Positions 1 through 13,615 of a DNA stretch of 64,000 bases are shown here, piece by piece. The stretch is from Octopus vulgaris. Its lineage: Eukaryota. The stretch's first letter is position 1. Each line of letters starts with the position of its first letter. Where the stretch lies: the NCBI GenBank assembly GCA_951406725.2, contig OX597824.1:49476001-49540000 (forward strand). Direction: 5' to 3'. Position numbers and translations under genes: made by a program. Below the pieces are notes generated by a model. That model did no database searches and was not told the DNA's origin. It was given only the letters and a program-made list of their open reading frames with translations.

Positions 1-633
1 TAAGAAAATTCAGGAAGATTCATGAAGTCACTATGAAACTGGTCAGAATACAATGTAAAGAAGTAAATAGCAGATCAATAAAATAAAAATGAAATAAAAT
101 TCCTTCCACACAATGCCAAAACACATGACAGTTTACAGAGACTGAATTAATATAGGAAGCAGAATCTAGTCTCCACCACACAATAGAAAGAATGAACAGA
201 GTAACAAAACCTCCACAACCAACACCCATTACCACAAGAATAAGGATATTATAAGATTAAAAGCCACTAAAATCAACCAACATTCAAACATACACAACAC
301 ACACATGTTTCTTATGTTAGGAACAACAAAGAAAGCAGACAAAATAAATAAATAAAATGGAACAAGAACAGTGTTGCAACAACAGCTCAGACACTTACTG
401 TAGAGACGAAACAGAAGAGTATAGCAAACAATCAAAATTAGTTGGAGAGTTTAAACTCATTGAGATGGTCACAAGAAAAGTGGCTAAATTTCTGGGAATA
501 AAACTGAAAATAAGGAGTGAATCACAACCAGTGAGTACATTTATAGGCTTCGACATGGTTTTCCATATATGCATCACTATTAGTCTTAACACATAGTTTC
601 AGATTAAAATTCATGCAAAACAAATTCATAATA

Positions 634-805
634 GGCGTAGGAGTGGCTGTGTGGTAAGTAGCTTGCTTACCAACCACATATTTCCAGGTTCAGTCCCACT
701 GCGTGGCACCTTGGGCAAGTGTCTTCTACTATAGCCTCGGGCTGACCAAATCCTTGTGAGTGGATTTGGTAGATGGAAACTGAAAGAAGGCCATCGTATA
801 TGTGA

Positions 806-839
<34 letters not shown>

Positions 840-1050
840 ATATGTTTGTGTGTCTGTGTTTGTCCCCCCCAACACCGCTTGACAACCGATGCTGGTGTGT
901 TTATATTCCTGTAACTTAGCGGTTCGGCAAAAGAGACCGATAGAATAAGTACTAGGCTTATAAATAATAAGTCCTGGGGTCAACTTGTTCGACAAATGGC
1001 AGTGCTCCTGCATGGCTACAGTCAAATGACTGAAACAAGTAAAAGAGTAA
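634..1050 (+). mobile_element. OK-type tRNA-derived SINE, full length, CR1-like tail
   Basis: Head ggcgtaggagtggctgtgtggtaag with B-box-like ggttcagtccc, internal TA/TG microsatellite, tail cagtcaaatgactgaaacaagtaaaagag; many copies in the window. Confidence 0.85.
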
Positions 1051-2005
1051 TTGAAAGATCACAAGCTTTAGTCAAACTAACATGAAACTGAAAAAAGCTG
1101 TATTTTGTTGTGTAGAGGAAAAAAAAAGCAATTCAGCAACTTCACTTCATAAAAAAAATTGTATCTCTTCTAAACTGTTTACTAACTCAATTCATCAGTA
1201 AGTGAGCTCAACCTCACAAATTACTAAGATGAACAATGAAAACATACATTACTAAATTCACACAAAATTCATACAGGGATTAGTAAACATGGTAAAAAGG
1301 TTCAAATATCATTAATAAAAGGTATCCTCATTCCATATCAGATAAAAGCATTCCCCTTTTTTTATTCAAAATGAGCACCAATATTTAAACAACAGTTATA
1401 ACCAATGCTTCTGCAATGAGCTAAAATGGAGGAAACATTGACAATAGTAACAACACTAATCAATCAATGCAGAACAAAAATACTCTAACCCCATCACAAA
1501 TACAAAATTTGAAAATGCAAATACAAACACTGAGTCACTAGAACTTAAAGTGCTATACAACTGGACACAGAAGAAACAGCTGTTTCATATTATCATTGAA
1601 GTAGGCCATATGCAGGAAGATCAATAATCTAGAATGTCCATTTGGAGTGAAAAACTTTTCATGCAAATTAGATAAAAATTAAGGAAATAACTGTAATAGA
1701 AGGAAGATTTACACTGGCTGAAAAGAAACTTAGAATATAAAGCAATACAGCAGGATACCTAAAGAGATAAGTATCTAAAAAATTGATATTAGAGTCAGAA
1801 ATGGCCTATGTAAACTGAAACAGTGTATTAAAAATAAGGAAACAGTATGGTTTCTCAGACTAGTTTGTGCCAACTAGGTCCAATCAACACAAACTCACAT
1901 TAATGACATGAGAGAGTAACAATGGAAGATCATGAAAAAACAGAGAAGCTCCATAATGCCCCAGCACCTGCACTACAGTAATAAAAAAGTAAGGATACAA
2001 TAAGA

Positions 2006-2191
2006 TTAACCCTTTAGCATTTAAACTGGCCATATTTGGCCAAAATATTCTACCTGCTTATGTTCAAATTGGCTAAATCTAGCCCCTCACACCTATTCTA
2101 CAATGTTATTCTAAACTCCTGATGCTACCAGATAATGCATAATTAATTCAAAACTACATTTAACAGAATAATCTAAATGCTAAAGGTATAA
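2006..2191. mobile_element. piggyBac-type MITE
   Basis: TTAA-CCCTTTAGCATTT left end and AAATGCTAAAGG right end; partial related copy near 22700-22855. Confidence 0.6.
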
Positions 2192-2959
2192 ACCAAATAT
2201 AGTTAAGCAACACATACACAGTATCATGATAAAAACTTACATGTTTGTAATAGAGATGAGACAGAAAAATATAACAGACAAATAAAATCAGCTGGAGAAT
2301 ATAAACCTATCAAGAAGGTCACGGTGGGGGGGGGATGTGACAAACATTTCTGTGAGTATAATTAGGGTTTACATTGGATCTGTTAGTATCTGATACACCC
2401 CTTCATTTATCTTCCTATATTGCTAACCATCACTCCCTGTCCTTCAAGTCATTCCTTTGACATCACTCTCTAACTGTTGTCATCTCAATTATCCATCACT
2501 TATGTTCTCTCTTGCCAATAAACATCACCTCTCTATAATTCTAACTACTACTCACTTCTCTCCCCAGGTCACTTTTTATTGAAACCATCACACTCTCTTA
2601 TCTCTGACCATTTCTGTGACTATTCATTACTCAGTCATACTTTCTAGCCACCATCTCTTTCAGTATCTCTAACCATTACTGTCTTGTTCATTTTCCCCCA
2701 CTCTTTCACATTGTCATTCCAATCTTTTAGTTTCCACCTTCATTCTCACACATTTTTCTCCATCTCACTCTCATTCATCTTCTGCAATCACTCCTCAACT
2801 TTCTTTTGCCCACTCTAGTGGTTATGTTGCCTGGAAAGAATGGAGACAACATTGAGGAGTGAAAATTTTTTTGCTTTACTGGGTACAAATCAACCTCAAT
2901 GGTGCTGGTGTCAGGATAAAATGCATCCAGTACCCTATGTAAAGTTGGTGAATAATGTG

Positions 2960-4716
2960 AGGGAACATAGGGTTGATTTGGCATAGTCTCTATGGCTGGA
3001 TACCCTTCCTAACACCAACCACTCCAAGAATATAATGGCTGCTTTTATGTTACTGGCATGGGTGTCATTTGTGTGACACCAGTATCTGCCATGACTGCGA
3101 TTTTACTTGGTTTGATGAGTCTTCTCAAGCACGACATAATACCAACGGTCTTGATCATTGCCTTTGCGAGGCCCAACACACGAAAAGAGCTTTTCATGTA
3201 CCACTAGCATCAGCCAGTTTGCCTCAGTGAAGTCCAATGCTCAAAAGGTGCTTTTTACATGCCACCAGTATGGGTGCCAGTTACGAGATACCAGTATCAG
3301 CCATGACTATGATTTCACTTGGCTTGATGAGTCCTCTCAAGCACAGCACCTTACCAAAAGTCTTGGTCATTAGTCATTGCCTCTGTGAGGCCCAAAGTTC
3401 GAAGATCAGCTTCACCACCTTGTCCTGTGTCTTCCTGGGCCTACCTCTTCTACAGGTTCCCTCCACAGTTAGAGATAGGCACTTCTTTACACAGCTGTCC
3501 TCGTCCATACACATCACACCACATCTGATGCCTTTTGTGCCCAACTTTTCTCTCAAGATGCTTACACTCTATCAAACATGCACACTGACTTTGCACATCC
3601 AGTGAAGCATACTGGCTTCATTTCTTTCAAACCTATAGATGCCCATGTTTCATTGCTATGTAGCATAGCTGTTCACACACAGGCATCATACAATCTGCCT
3701 TTCACTCTGAGGGAGATGCCCTATGTTGCCAGCAGAGGTAGGAGCTCTCTGAACTTTGCTCAGCCTAATCTTATTCTCACAGCTATGCTCTCGAAGCATC
3801 CATCTCCACTTGGTCACCTAGACAACAGAAGCTATCTACTACCACTAGCTTACTTACCTGGCAGTTGATGGAGTCTATTTTTTGTATATTTTTAGTGTTT
3901 ATTGTACCTGTGCATCTTCCATATGCAAAAGCTATTTTCCTTCTTAAACTTCCTCTGTTATTGCTGCACCTCTTATGTGTCCAAAGCTTACACCAGGTAT
4001 ATCTTATGGAGTTTCTACCTACACCTTTTCTACAGATCAAGCAGGACCATCTACCTGAAGGGATTTGTGATTTGTCTGCTCTCCTACTTAGTAAGACTTT
4101 GGTTTTTGCTAGGTTATCTCTAAGGCCCTTCGATTCTAGACCTTGCTTCCATACCTGGAACTTCTCTAGTTCTGGTAGTGATTCAGCTACAAAAACAAGG
4201 TCATCAGCATAGAGGAGCTCCTAGGGGCAAACCTGTTTTAAATTCCTCTGTTATTGCCTGGAGGCAAGAGGGGGCTGAGCACCAATCATTGGTGATGCCC
4301 TACTTGTACCCTGAAGTCTTCGCTACACTCGTTGACAACCCTCATCTTACTGGTAGCATTCCTGTACATAGCTTGTAACAGCTTTCACCAACCACTCTAG
4401 TTTCTGCATTGATCACAAGATAAGGGATCAGGGAACCCTGTCAAAGGATTTTCTCCAAGTCAACAAATGCCAAGCACAAAGGTTTATCTTTAGCTATGTA
4501 TTTCTTCAGCAGCTGCCTTACCAGAAATATAACATCAGTAGTACTTCCCCCTGGCACAAAACCAAACTGCATCTTATCTATACTAATTCTCTCCCTAATT
4601 AGTTGGGCTATGATTATCTCCATAATTTTCATCACCTGATCCAACAATTTGATACCTCTGTAATTATTTCTATCTACAGCATCACTTTTACTTTTGTAGT
4701 AGTTGCCTTCCACCAC
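2960..4716 (-). mobile_element. Decayed RTE-clade LINE (RT and 3' region)
   Basis: Fragments NYRGIKLLDQVMK...QFGFVPG.STTD.IF..RQL, LLYADD-like, VVDSFCCLG and GRPRKT with stops and frameshifts; homologous to 61318-63295. Confidence 0.85.
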
Positions 4717-4902
4717 TGCTTGACAACTGGTGTTGTTGCTTTTAAGTGCCTATAACTTAGAAGTTTGGTAAAAGAGACTGGTAGAAAACGTACCATGGTT
4801 AAAAGAAATTAACACTGGAATTGATTCATTCAATTAAAATTCTTCAAGGCAGTGCCCCAGCATGGCCATATTCTAATGACCAAAACAAATCAAGATAAAA
4901 GA
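4717..4902 (+). mobile_element. 3' half of OK-type SINE
   Basis: gcttgacaactggtgttg...ggcagtgccccagcatggcc tail. Confidence 0.65.
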
Positions 4903-4934
4903 CACGAACACACACACACACACACATGTATACA

Positions 4935-5255
4935 AAGGAGCAACTACAGAGACATCCAACTGATGGATTAAGTTATGAAAGTACACAAAAAGTTATAGCA
5001 CAGTTAAATAGGAAAGAAATTAGCTTAGATAAGATGTAGTTTGGGTTTCTACCAGGAAGGTGAACAATAAATACTGTTTTGTTAGTGATGAATAAAGAGA
5101 ATTTCTTAGCCAGGAGCAAATTTCTATACATAACATTCATTGGCCTTGAAAATTCATTTACAAGATTCTATGTTTTATCATCTGTGGGATACTAAGATAA
5201 ATGGCTGTAGAGAAATATCATGTGTGAGCCATTCTCTCAACCATGTACAAAATAC
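4935..5255 (+). mobile_element. Old RTE RT fragment
   Basis: Degenerate NYRDIQLMD.VMK...FGFLPG homology, opposite orientation to 4441-4716. Confidence 0.55.
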
Positions 5256-5547
5256 TGTATTTAGCATGTATCAGGTCATCCCATAAGTTCTGTCCGATTT
5301 TACCTTTTTTAAAATTGAATGAAATTTAATAGTATTGTAGAATGTCTAATGGAATTAGAAATTATTTTCATGCATTTGTGTACATTTTTTTTCTATATTC
5401 TCCATTCTCTCCCTTAGACTTTCCTTTAATATTCAACAAAGGACTATCTCTGGAACTCTGTTTTACTTTTAACTTCATTGAGTGACAGTCAAATGATATT
5501 TTCTCTGAACATCGTTATGTATCTGACTGTCTGTCCCACTTTATATA

Positions 5548-5585
<38 letters not shown>

Positions 5586-5589
5586 TATC

Positions 5590-5780
5590 TCATGCTGGTG
5601 GTACATAAAAAGCACCCACTACACTCTTGGAATGGTTGGCATTAGGAAGGGCATCCAGCTGTAGAAACTTTGCCAGATCAGATTGAGCCTGGTGCAGCCT
5701 CTGGCTCACCAGTCCTCAGTCAAACCGTCCAACTCATGCCAGCAAGGAAAGCGGACGTTAAACGACGATGATGATGATGA
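5590..5780 (+). mobile_element. RTE 3' tail
   Basis: ggttggcattaggaagggcatccagctgtagaaac...cggacgttaaacgacgatgatgat. Confidence 0.8.
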
Positions 5781-6520
5781 CCTAATAACTCCTATTCTAG
5801 CACATGCTAGCAGGGAAAACAGAGAAACAAACAATATATATGCATGTGTGAGTTCCAGGAATGGCCAAATTTTTCAGAAGTTCACTTCACAATCAAGAAA
5901 TTTCAGGTCCAATACTCCTGTATAGTATCTTGGGTAAGTGTCAACAACCATAACCTCAGCAGTATGTTATGAGTAAAATTGAACAGGTAGAAACAGTATG
6001 ATGGACGAACTGTTCCTATAATTCAAAAGGTCAGATTTGTCATTTGTCATACTATGTCAGGATGATTGTGCCTGAGGATTATTTTAAGGGTACATGTTTG
6101 GGGACTACTTTGTTGCAAACATCTTTCTAATACAACAAGGAAGAAGTTGAATTAAATAATTGCAAAACTTGTAATTAAAACTAAGGAGAGCTCATCTACA
6201 TATGTGTAGGTGTGGGTAGTTGATTGTATGTCTATTCTTTTGTGTCTTTTTATTATGCATCAAATCTATTTATATTTATACATTAATATATGGTTATCTC
6301 TTGACACAGTTCTCCATTATTACTTAAATCTTATGATGGAATGTTTATTAAAGCCTGCTTTAATACCGATTATATCCAGCAATCTGATAAATACCAGATG
6401 TAAAACTATGCACCAAGAATATCAGTTACTTCAGTATGTGAAAGTATGTTTAATGTTACAGTTAGCATTTTGTACTAAAGTAAAAAAAGTTTTAAGAATA
6501 TCAATTTGTTCTTAAAATGT

Positions 6521-7568
6521 ACAGGGTGGTCTGAAAGTCTTGTCACCACCTGTAAATATTGTTTTAAGTTTCTATTATCAAGGAGAGGGTTTCACAAGAG
6601 CAATAGTTGAAGGACGCTGTTTCGGCAGCCTCTGCAACAATCACCAAAGCACAGCTTCATAAAATATCACAGAGGAGATGGTGCCACATTGTTTTGTGCC
6701 ACAAAAATGATGGTGTTCCTACAGAACTTCCCGATGTGTGACAGTGTCAGTGTCAATGAAAGTGAATATACTGTTACGGAGGTGCAAAGGGCCGGAAAAG
6801 AGTTCAGTTGGGAAGAGACAGCAGTTGATACGGATGGTCAGCCAAGAGATGGTGATGGCGAGAGGCAACGGCAAGGTGAGAAAGACAGGCAGAGAATATT
6901 GGGAATTGACAGGTGAGAGGTAGGGAAGAAGACAGCGAAGAAGCTGGACTACTATAGTGGGTTCAGAAACATTTGGTATTGTTGTTTATGTTTCGATTTG
7001 TGTTTTGGACTTTAATGTTGAATTATGATGTTTGAAAAAGAGACTGTAAAAAGAAGGAATCTTTGTGATAAGAACTTTTTGTGTTTCTAAAAGAAAGCAG
7101 AGAAAAGAAAATTAAGGAAAGAGAAAGAGTATTTGTTTGATTCTGTATTGTGTTGCATGTCAACCAGTTGATTGTTTTGGAAAAGTCAATTTGTGTATTA
7201 CGTTTGATTGATTTTGTAAAGTTATGAATTGTTAAATGTCTGTTAACCTTGTTTTTAAATGTGTTTGAAATGTTTTAATTGATGTTGCAAAATTATATAA
7301 ATTGTTAAATGTAAGCAACTGCCTCCGCTGTCTCTCTCTTTTGTTGTTGTCGTCTTCGGTTACTGGCTAGCGTTCGCTGCCCACCCCAGCTTTCTGTGGT
7401 GGATTTCCGTTTGACTGAGTGTTGTCGTCGTCGCTGACTTAGGGTCCTGAGTTGAGTTGAGCGACAGTCGTAACAATACTAAAATCAGTACATGTTTGAT
7501 ATTATTATATGGTTCCTCTATTGTTCTTATTACTTTTCGGTAGGGGGTGAGATTTTAAGACCATCCTA
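6521..7568 (+). mobile_element. Tc1/mariner relic interrupted by a solo LTR
   Basis: TA-cagggtggtctgaaagtc left end, degenerate inverted match (gattttaagaccatccta) at the right; transposase C-terminus-like LKDAVSAASATITKAQLHKIS. Confidence 0.5.
6772..7475. mobile_element. Solo LTR (Ty3/Gypsy-like)
   Basis: Inverted termini TGTTACG...CGTAACA; 4-bp TSD ATAC at 6768-6771 and 7476-7479; related copy at about 58700-59199. Confidence 0.85.
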
Positions 7569-7589
7569 TATACATTAATATATTTAATG

Positions 7590-7795
7590 TGGCAAGCTGG
7601 TAGAATTCTTAGTATGCTGGACAAAATGCTTAGCAGTATTTCATCAGTATATGTTCTGAGTTCAAATGCTGCTAGGGTTGACTTTGCTTTCCATTCTCTC
7701 TAGGATTGATAAAATAAGTACCATTTGAGCACAGGGTTGATATAATTGACTTACTCCTCCCCTGAAATTGCTGGCCATGTGCTAAAAATTAAAAT
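7590..7795 (+). mobile_element. OR-type (CORE-like) tRNA SINE
   Basis: ggcaagctggtagaat...gagttcaaat B-box, gataaaataagtacc central block. Confidence 0.7.
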
Positions 7796-7967
7796 ATTTA
7801 AATATTAAACACATCTGAAATTTACAGAAATAGAAAAACATTTTCAATAGGTAGTCAACATGTCTACTTCATAAACTTTTCTAAAAATATATTTCAAATA
7901 TATATGTGAGATATTTTGAATAGTTAGGCTTAATGCATTGCCTGGTTTAACAGTACCACCTGATCCC

Positions 7968-8170
7968 TAGGTACCTATTTCTTTATTACCCACAAGGGGC
8001 TAAACACAGAGAGAACAAACAAGGACAGACATAGGTATTAAGTCGATTACATCGACCCCAGTTCGTAACTGGTACTTAATTTATCGACCCCGAAAGGATG
8101 AAAGGCAAAGTCGACCTCGGCGGAATTTGAACTCACAACGTAACGCAGACGAAATACCGCTAAGCATTTT
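7968..8170 (-). mobile_element. Young OR-type SINE
   Basis: CpG-rich copy containing gtcgattacatcgaccccag and gtcgacctcggcggaatttgaactc. Confidence 0.8.
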
Positions 8171-9129
8171 GGAGTTCACTCAGTTGCAAGCATTAAGGTC
8201 AGGGCATTGGTTTAAGGATAAATACTTTCTTCAAGTTTGGGAGGTCCTAAAAACAGTAAAGAGTTTTACTCTTCTTTCTCTGATTAAGTCATTAAAAACA
8301 GGCTAAAATTACACCAGCAGTTATATGCTGTGTTCAAACTTCAATCCTATCAGACTACCATTTTTGTGTAGGGAAGAATACAGAGTTGATTTTTTAATGA
8401 CATTCATGCTTTTCTTTATTGTGATCAGATTTAGAAAAGAAATTTAATGACATTATTTTGCACATCAAAGAATTAGCAGTCATTAGAACATCAGATATAA
8501 TGCCAGTTGGGATTTGTTCTGGCTGTTTGTGTTCTGAATTGAAATCCTATGAAAAACAATTTTGCCTTTTACCTTTTTGGAAGCCATCAAAGAAGTACTG
8601 ATTCAAGGTGGTGGATTAGTAAAGTTGTTAGAATCTTATGGGATCTGTTTTAGCTCTTGGCATTCTGATTGCAACACCTGCAGCAACAAGCTGTATTGCC
8701 CTTTTTCTTTTCCTTGGACATTAGAAGCATGGAGAAGTGGGGATTTGCATGTATGGCTAACTGCTTATCTTCTATAAAAACTTTGCCCATGTTTGTACCT
8801 TGAGAATAAACATTCCATAGTTTCATGTGACATATGGAGCCCACTTTTCTATCCTTTCAAAAAAAAAAAAAAAAAAAAAGGTATCATCTGTCATGTTAGA
8901 TGTTATAACAATTTTATATATTTAAATTTGCTATATATATATATAACAATTTTATTACTCTTCCATGTTAAGAAGCCTCAAAATCTTATTTTTCCCCCAT
9001 CTTTTTTTCATAAGAATGTTCTGGAAGATATCTAAGAACAAACCCTTTTGATTAATCTAAATGACAGAGGACAAACTAAGTGGCATACTACTGTACTCAA
9101 GAAGACCCACTCGCAACAGAATTGATATC

Positions 9130-9360
9130 CTAAAACCAAGGTGTCATGTAAAAAACATTGGCATGGGTGGTGGTGCAACAAAGAAAGCACTGGTGATGGT
9201 GCCATGTAAAAAGCACCCAGTGCACTCTGTTAAGTAGTTGACATTAGGAAGGGTATCCAAGCCAAAACAGACTATGGAACCTGGTGTAGCCCCAAGCCTT
9301 ATCAGTTCCTGTCAAGCTGATGCCAACATGGAAAACAGTAAATGTTGATGATGATGATAT
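9130..9360 (+). mobile_element. RTE 3' tail
   Basis: ttaggaagggtatcc motif ending in (GAT)n. Confidence 0.65.
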
Positions 9361-9479
9361 TTGTGTTTCTGTACAATCATCAAACTTATTTTTGAAAATC
9401 AAATATATCTCTTTGTTTAATAGTGTAGATAATTGTTGCTTGAGTAAAAGCATCAGACCATACCAAGTAGTTTGTAAAG

Positions 9480-9800
9480 AAACAGGTTTGGCTGTATGGT
9501 TAGGAAGTTCATTTCCCAAGCCCATAGTTTCAGGATCAGTCCCACTACATGGTACCTTGAACAAGTGTCTTCTACTATAGCCCTGGGTTGACCAAAGCCG
9601 TGTGAGTGGATTTGGTAGATAGAAACTCAAAGAAACCTGCTGTATAGATACATGAATGTGTATGTGTGTCTCCTTGTCATGATATCACACTAGCTGTTAA
9701 CAAGTGTTACTGTCATACAAGCAGTGTCATTAATTTACAATTTTCAGTGAAAAACATGTTGAACCATGGGGAAGTATTACCTTGCTTGGAAACAGGTGTG
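9480..9800 (+). mobile_element. OK-head SINE, alternative-body variant
   Basis: Same head as 634-1050; body resembles 20992-21395. Confidence 0.65.
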
Positions 9801-11049
9801 AGTGCCATTCTTATATGCAAACAGTAAATGATAATTTTGTTAGTGTGCACAAACTTTATCAAACTGGAATTGATAAACTGAAGGCACACAGAGCAGCAAT
9901 GATGAAAATAAAACTGTGTACATATATAACGTGTTTGTGAACACCCAAATGAGGAGAACCCTTTGCTGCTTTATGCAGACAAGGAAAGAGAGTAACCTGT
10001 TATGGAAAAAGACCCTAGGAAAGATCCTCATATCTATACTTCCACAAATAACTGACTTCATATAATGTAAAAATAAATCACTAGTCCAGAAACTGTTTGA
10101 GGAGATAGTTTGTAGTTGGACAGTTTTCATCGGACAAAATTTAAGGCCCAAAATTTTGAAAGTTGTGGTACAACAAACTTGAATCTGCCATCTTACCTGC
10201 TGTATCATGAAGAAATTGAGTGGCTGACCCTGTACCATAATCAGGGCTGACTATGAAGTGAGGAGATGGAAACCACACAATATTAATAATGATTTTTGAT
10301 TAGGTACAAGATCAACCTTTGTAAGGAAAATGAACATACTGAATTGATTTGATATTACTAATACTAAATTTTTTTAACCTGGATAGAAAACAAAGTTGAT
10401 TCCAGTGGGATTTGAACTATGAGATATAAAAATGTGATACATTGTATTTAGTCCCAATGTTTTACTATTCCAGTCATCTCCACTGGATAAATGATTTGCA
10501 TTTTTGGTACAAAGATACAATATGTATTATATTTTACTTGATTAAAAATATTTTTTTAAAATACCTCAATTAAGGAAAGGTGCAGAAACAAATTAAGAAT
10601 GTCTATCAAAAATTATTAAAGAAATAAGAATCAATAATCAGTAATATTCGTTATAATCTACATTACCTTTACTCTTTTGAATCACAACTAAATTTTGCAA
10701 AATTGGAACTGAAATTATTGCATATTTAACCCTTTTATTCCAGATATCAGATATATCCACTCAAATTTCATTACCCTTAACTGCAGAAAGCAATTTTATA
10801 TACAAATCTATTTTTTGTTGAGGAATGTTATTTTTGAAACTATTTCTTTTTGAGATGTGTCAAGTTTATGACTTGCTATCTTTTGGTAGATTTTTAACAT
10901 CATTACTAGAATAACTACAAAATTTAATTTCACATTTAGAGGGTTAAACTAAATTTTTACTAATGGTTGCTGAAAAAGTTCTTTTTTTGTTATTGATTTG
11001 TAATTTATTGTACTTTCAATAATTAGGTTTGAAGTCCAGCTCATAATTG

Positions 11050-11225
11050 GTCACAAATTTTGGCACAAGACCAACAATTTCAGGAGAGGGGCTAAGTCAA
11101 TTACATCAGCCCTGTTGTTCAACTGGTACTTATTTCATCAACCTCAAAAGGGTGAAAGGCAAAGCTGACCTTGGCAGAATTTGAACTCAGAATGTAAAGA
11201 AATGCTGCTATCTTAGCAAGCTCAT
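11050..11225 (-). mobile_element. OR-type SINE
   Basis: ttggcacaagacc...gcagaatttgaactcag; similar decayed copies near 10300-10460 and 12545-12750. Confidence 0.65.
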
Positions 11226-11544
11226 TATTGAGATGAACTTTATTACAATTTTTATATACAAATCATGAATTTTTACAAAGTATGCATTATATTTTATAGA
11301 ACCTTCTATGATTTCCAAAAACAATGACATCATTTAAGCAGAACAGAGATTTAAATGAAATCCTTTTAAGCCTTACTAAATGATTAAATCTTGGTTGTTG
11401 TATATCTTAATTCTCCTCCTTTATCCCTGTCAGTCAATTCGGTTTTGATCAAACCATATGACATTTTCCCATTTACCAGTGGAACAGTGTTTGTATTTTA
11501 TTCAATATTGATTCTGATTCATTCTGTTTATGATTTTTAATATA

Positions 11545-12123
11545 GGATTTAAGAAGAAAACTGTGCATAAGAAGCATTAGATGTTGTGTGCAAGTGAAAA
11601 GACTGTACTGGTATGGACATGTGATGTGTATGGATAAGGATAGCAGCTTAAAGTGCTGATCTCTAATTGTGAAGGGAACCTGTGGAAGCAGTAGACACAG
11701 GAAGACATGGGAGAAAATAGTGAGAAAGGACCTCCAGATATTGAGCCTCATGGAAGAGATGACAAGGGACTGGGACTTGTGGTGATTTGCTGTACTTCAG
11801 AAGACACATCAAACTAAGTGAAATTGCAGACATCTATACATACAGGCATGTCCTTTATGGCCATGTTCCCACACCCTCTCTCAGCTGAGAAGTCTTTGTC
11901 TCGCAAGAACCAGTGCCAGGTAAAATGCACTCATGGCAGTGCCATATAAAAAGCATCCAGCACACTCTGTAAAGTGGTTGGTGTTAGGAAGGGCATCCAG
12001 CCATAGAAACCATGTCAAAACAGACAACTGAAGTCTGGTCAGCTCCTGTCAAACTAGCCAATCCATGCCAGCATGGAAAAGGAACATTAAATAATGATTG
12101 TAATGATAATGATGATGATGATG
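11545..12123 (+). mobile_element. 5'-truncated RTE LINE 3' end
   Basis: RLYWYGHVMCMD and TWEKIVRKDL homology followed by the RTE tail and (GAT)n. Confidence 0.75.
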
Positions 12124-12955
12124 TTCTGATTGCAATAAATTCATGATTCACCTTTTCCTTTGCTAGGCCTTCATATCAAGTATCATTGAATTTTCTTGGT
12201 TATCTTTATTAGCACATCTTTCAGTAAAAATAAATTATTCCTTTGGAAGCGTTTAAAGAATCCTGAACCAGCAAACTTTTGGTTTAACATTTTCCTGCTC
12301 TTCTGAGAGCAATAATTAATTTGTTGTTTTCTTTGTACTATAAGTGATTCACAAAATTATTAAATAATCAACAGACATATATCTTTAATACTGAGAAAAA
12401 CTAAGTACATTATAAAATATTCTACAAATTTCCTATGAGATTCAAATAATATTAAAAAACTTTTATTACTGCTATGTCTAAAATTCAAAATATTTTATGT
12501 GAAAACAAAATCTTCCCTCAGTTTTTATATAAAGAATAAATTTTTTTTCTTCTTGCTATAGGCATAAGGCCTGAAATTTTGGGGGAGAGGCCAGTCAAAT
12601 ACATTGATTCCCAGTGCTTAACTGATACTTATCTTATTGGCCCTGAAGGATAAAGAGTATAGCCAAATTTGAACTCAGAACATAAAGCAAGAAGAAATGT
12701 TGCTAAGCATTTTGCTTGTCATGTTAATGATTTTTGCCTGCTCACCAATCTCATTAAACTTAAATGCTATTAGCTGGAAGAGTATCAAAATGCCCCTTTA
12801 TGAAACAAAAGATCTGTAACATATGTATAATAATCTGGATTAAAATCAATAGTTATTTCAATGTATTCAGCTACTTTTATATTTTCCTTTATTTTCTAAA
12901 GTGTCCTCAATTTATATGGCTCTCTTCTATTTTGTGTCTTTAATACAAATATGAT

Positions 12956-13615
12956 TTTGTTAAGGTTATTTCTACAGATATTCTATGGTATAGCCAGTGC
13001 TGATTTTTGCTACAACGTTTTGTATCAAGATGTCAGATGTAAACAAGCAATAAGATCAAAGACAAAAGATCTTCATCAGCACCCATCTAACCCATTCTCG
13101 TCTCCAAACACATTGCTTATATAGCCACCACATACAGTGGTGTTAAGTTATTGGGTGCACCAATTTACATATTAAATGCATTCCAAGAGCTGGTATGTAA
13201 AGACTAATGATTTTTAGGTATGTTATATTTCATTACGCAACCATAATATACTATAAAGTATATTAAATGTTTTTATAAGGCAATACTACATTCTACTGTC
13301 TTAGCAGTGCTTTTTACATTATTTTGTTAACGTTATTTTTACAGATATTCTATAGAACTTATAGCCAGCACTGATTTTTGCTACATTTCGTATCTTATTG
13401 TGTGTTTACATCTGACATCTTGATATAAAATGTTGTAGCAAAAATCAGTGCTGGCTATAAGTTCTATAGAATATCTGTATAAATAACCTTAACAAGATAA
13501 TGTAAAAAGCACTGCTAACACAGTAGAATGTAGTATTGACTTATAAAAACATTTAATATACTTTATAGTATATTATGGTTGCATAATGAAATAGCACGTA
13601 CCAACAGATCATTAG
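12956..13615 (-). mobile_element. Penelope-like/retrozyme-type repeat: partial tandem plus inverted copy
   Basis: Direct repeat at 12956 and 13322 (about 367-bp period); about 180-bp inverted arms 13204-13385 and 13434-13615; homologous to 22100-22530; minus-strand gggtgCTGATGA. Confidence 0.6.

Noticed and set aside
634-710. tRNA gene
   Set aside because: tRNA-like head runs straight into a SINE body; no full cloverleaf or Pol III terminator
1-2000. Old LINE remnants in A-rich sequence
   Set aside because: Only faint RT-like peptides; boundaries cannot be defined by eye
2390-2800. Pyrimidine-skewed stretch
   Set aside because: Low-complexity sequence without a resolvable unit or ORF
10726-10947. 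piggyBac MITE (TTAACCC...GGGTTAA)
   Set aside because: Inverted match extends only a few bases beyond CCC
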